The notes under the pieces are model-generated. The model saw nothing but the letters and a program-made list of their open reading frames with translations. It was not told the DNA's origin and made no database searches. A stretch of DNA of 20,000 nt from Psammoneis japonica (Eukaryota): the NCBI GenBank assembly GCA_008632985.1, contig QPGO01000116.1, forward strand, positions 236,727 to 256,726. The letters run 5' to 3'. This document shows positions 19,971 to 20,000 of this stretch, piece by piece (the first letter of the stretch is position 1; every line of letters starts with the position of its first letter). Both the position numbers and the translations under genes were made by a program.

Positions 19971-20000
19971 GAGGAGCCTGAGCATTCGAGATTTTTTTTG

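Larger units (their letters stand above)
14890..20000. other. TpA- and CpG-depleted, TpG/CpA-rich repeat domain
   Basis: About 15 TpA by manual count in about 5.1 kb. Contains nested elements and repeats. Confidence 0.95.

Noticed and set aside
1..20000. Dozens of 60-250 aa Cys/His-rich ORFs in the repeat domains
   Set aside because: By-product of TpA loss (no TAA/TAG stops, no Tyr) and TG/CA excess. They are not cysteine-rich genes and are not evidence of an alternative genetic code, since the real genes use standard codons and stops.

Overview
Eukaryotic DNA, most likely from a diatom or related stramenopile (inferred from short GT-AG introns, the protein families and CoDi-like gag). Two gene islands of normal composition hold four genes. 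The first (about 1.15-2.88 kb) has a serine acetyltransferase with an EF-hand-like C-terminal extension. The second (about 9.7-14.85 kb) has a secreted lipase-like hydrolase, an HMG-box plus histone-fold protein and a Nup50/Nup2-like nucleoporin. These islands are embedded in transposon/repeat domains (about 1-1040, 2.9-9.3 kb, 14.9-20 kb). The repeat domains contain a CRE-type non-LTR retrotransposon remnant, a Copia/CoDi-like gag remnant, tandem repeats and a 449-bp miniature LTR element with a tRNA-like internal sequence. The most striking signal is that the repeat domains have lost almost all TpA as well as most CpG, both apparently converted to TpG/CpA. TpA survives almost only in TTA/TAA context. 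This looks like a repeat-restricted TA->CA/TG mutational process, the reverse of fungal RIP. All counts are manual and approximate; no database searches were run.
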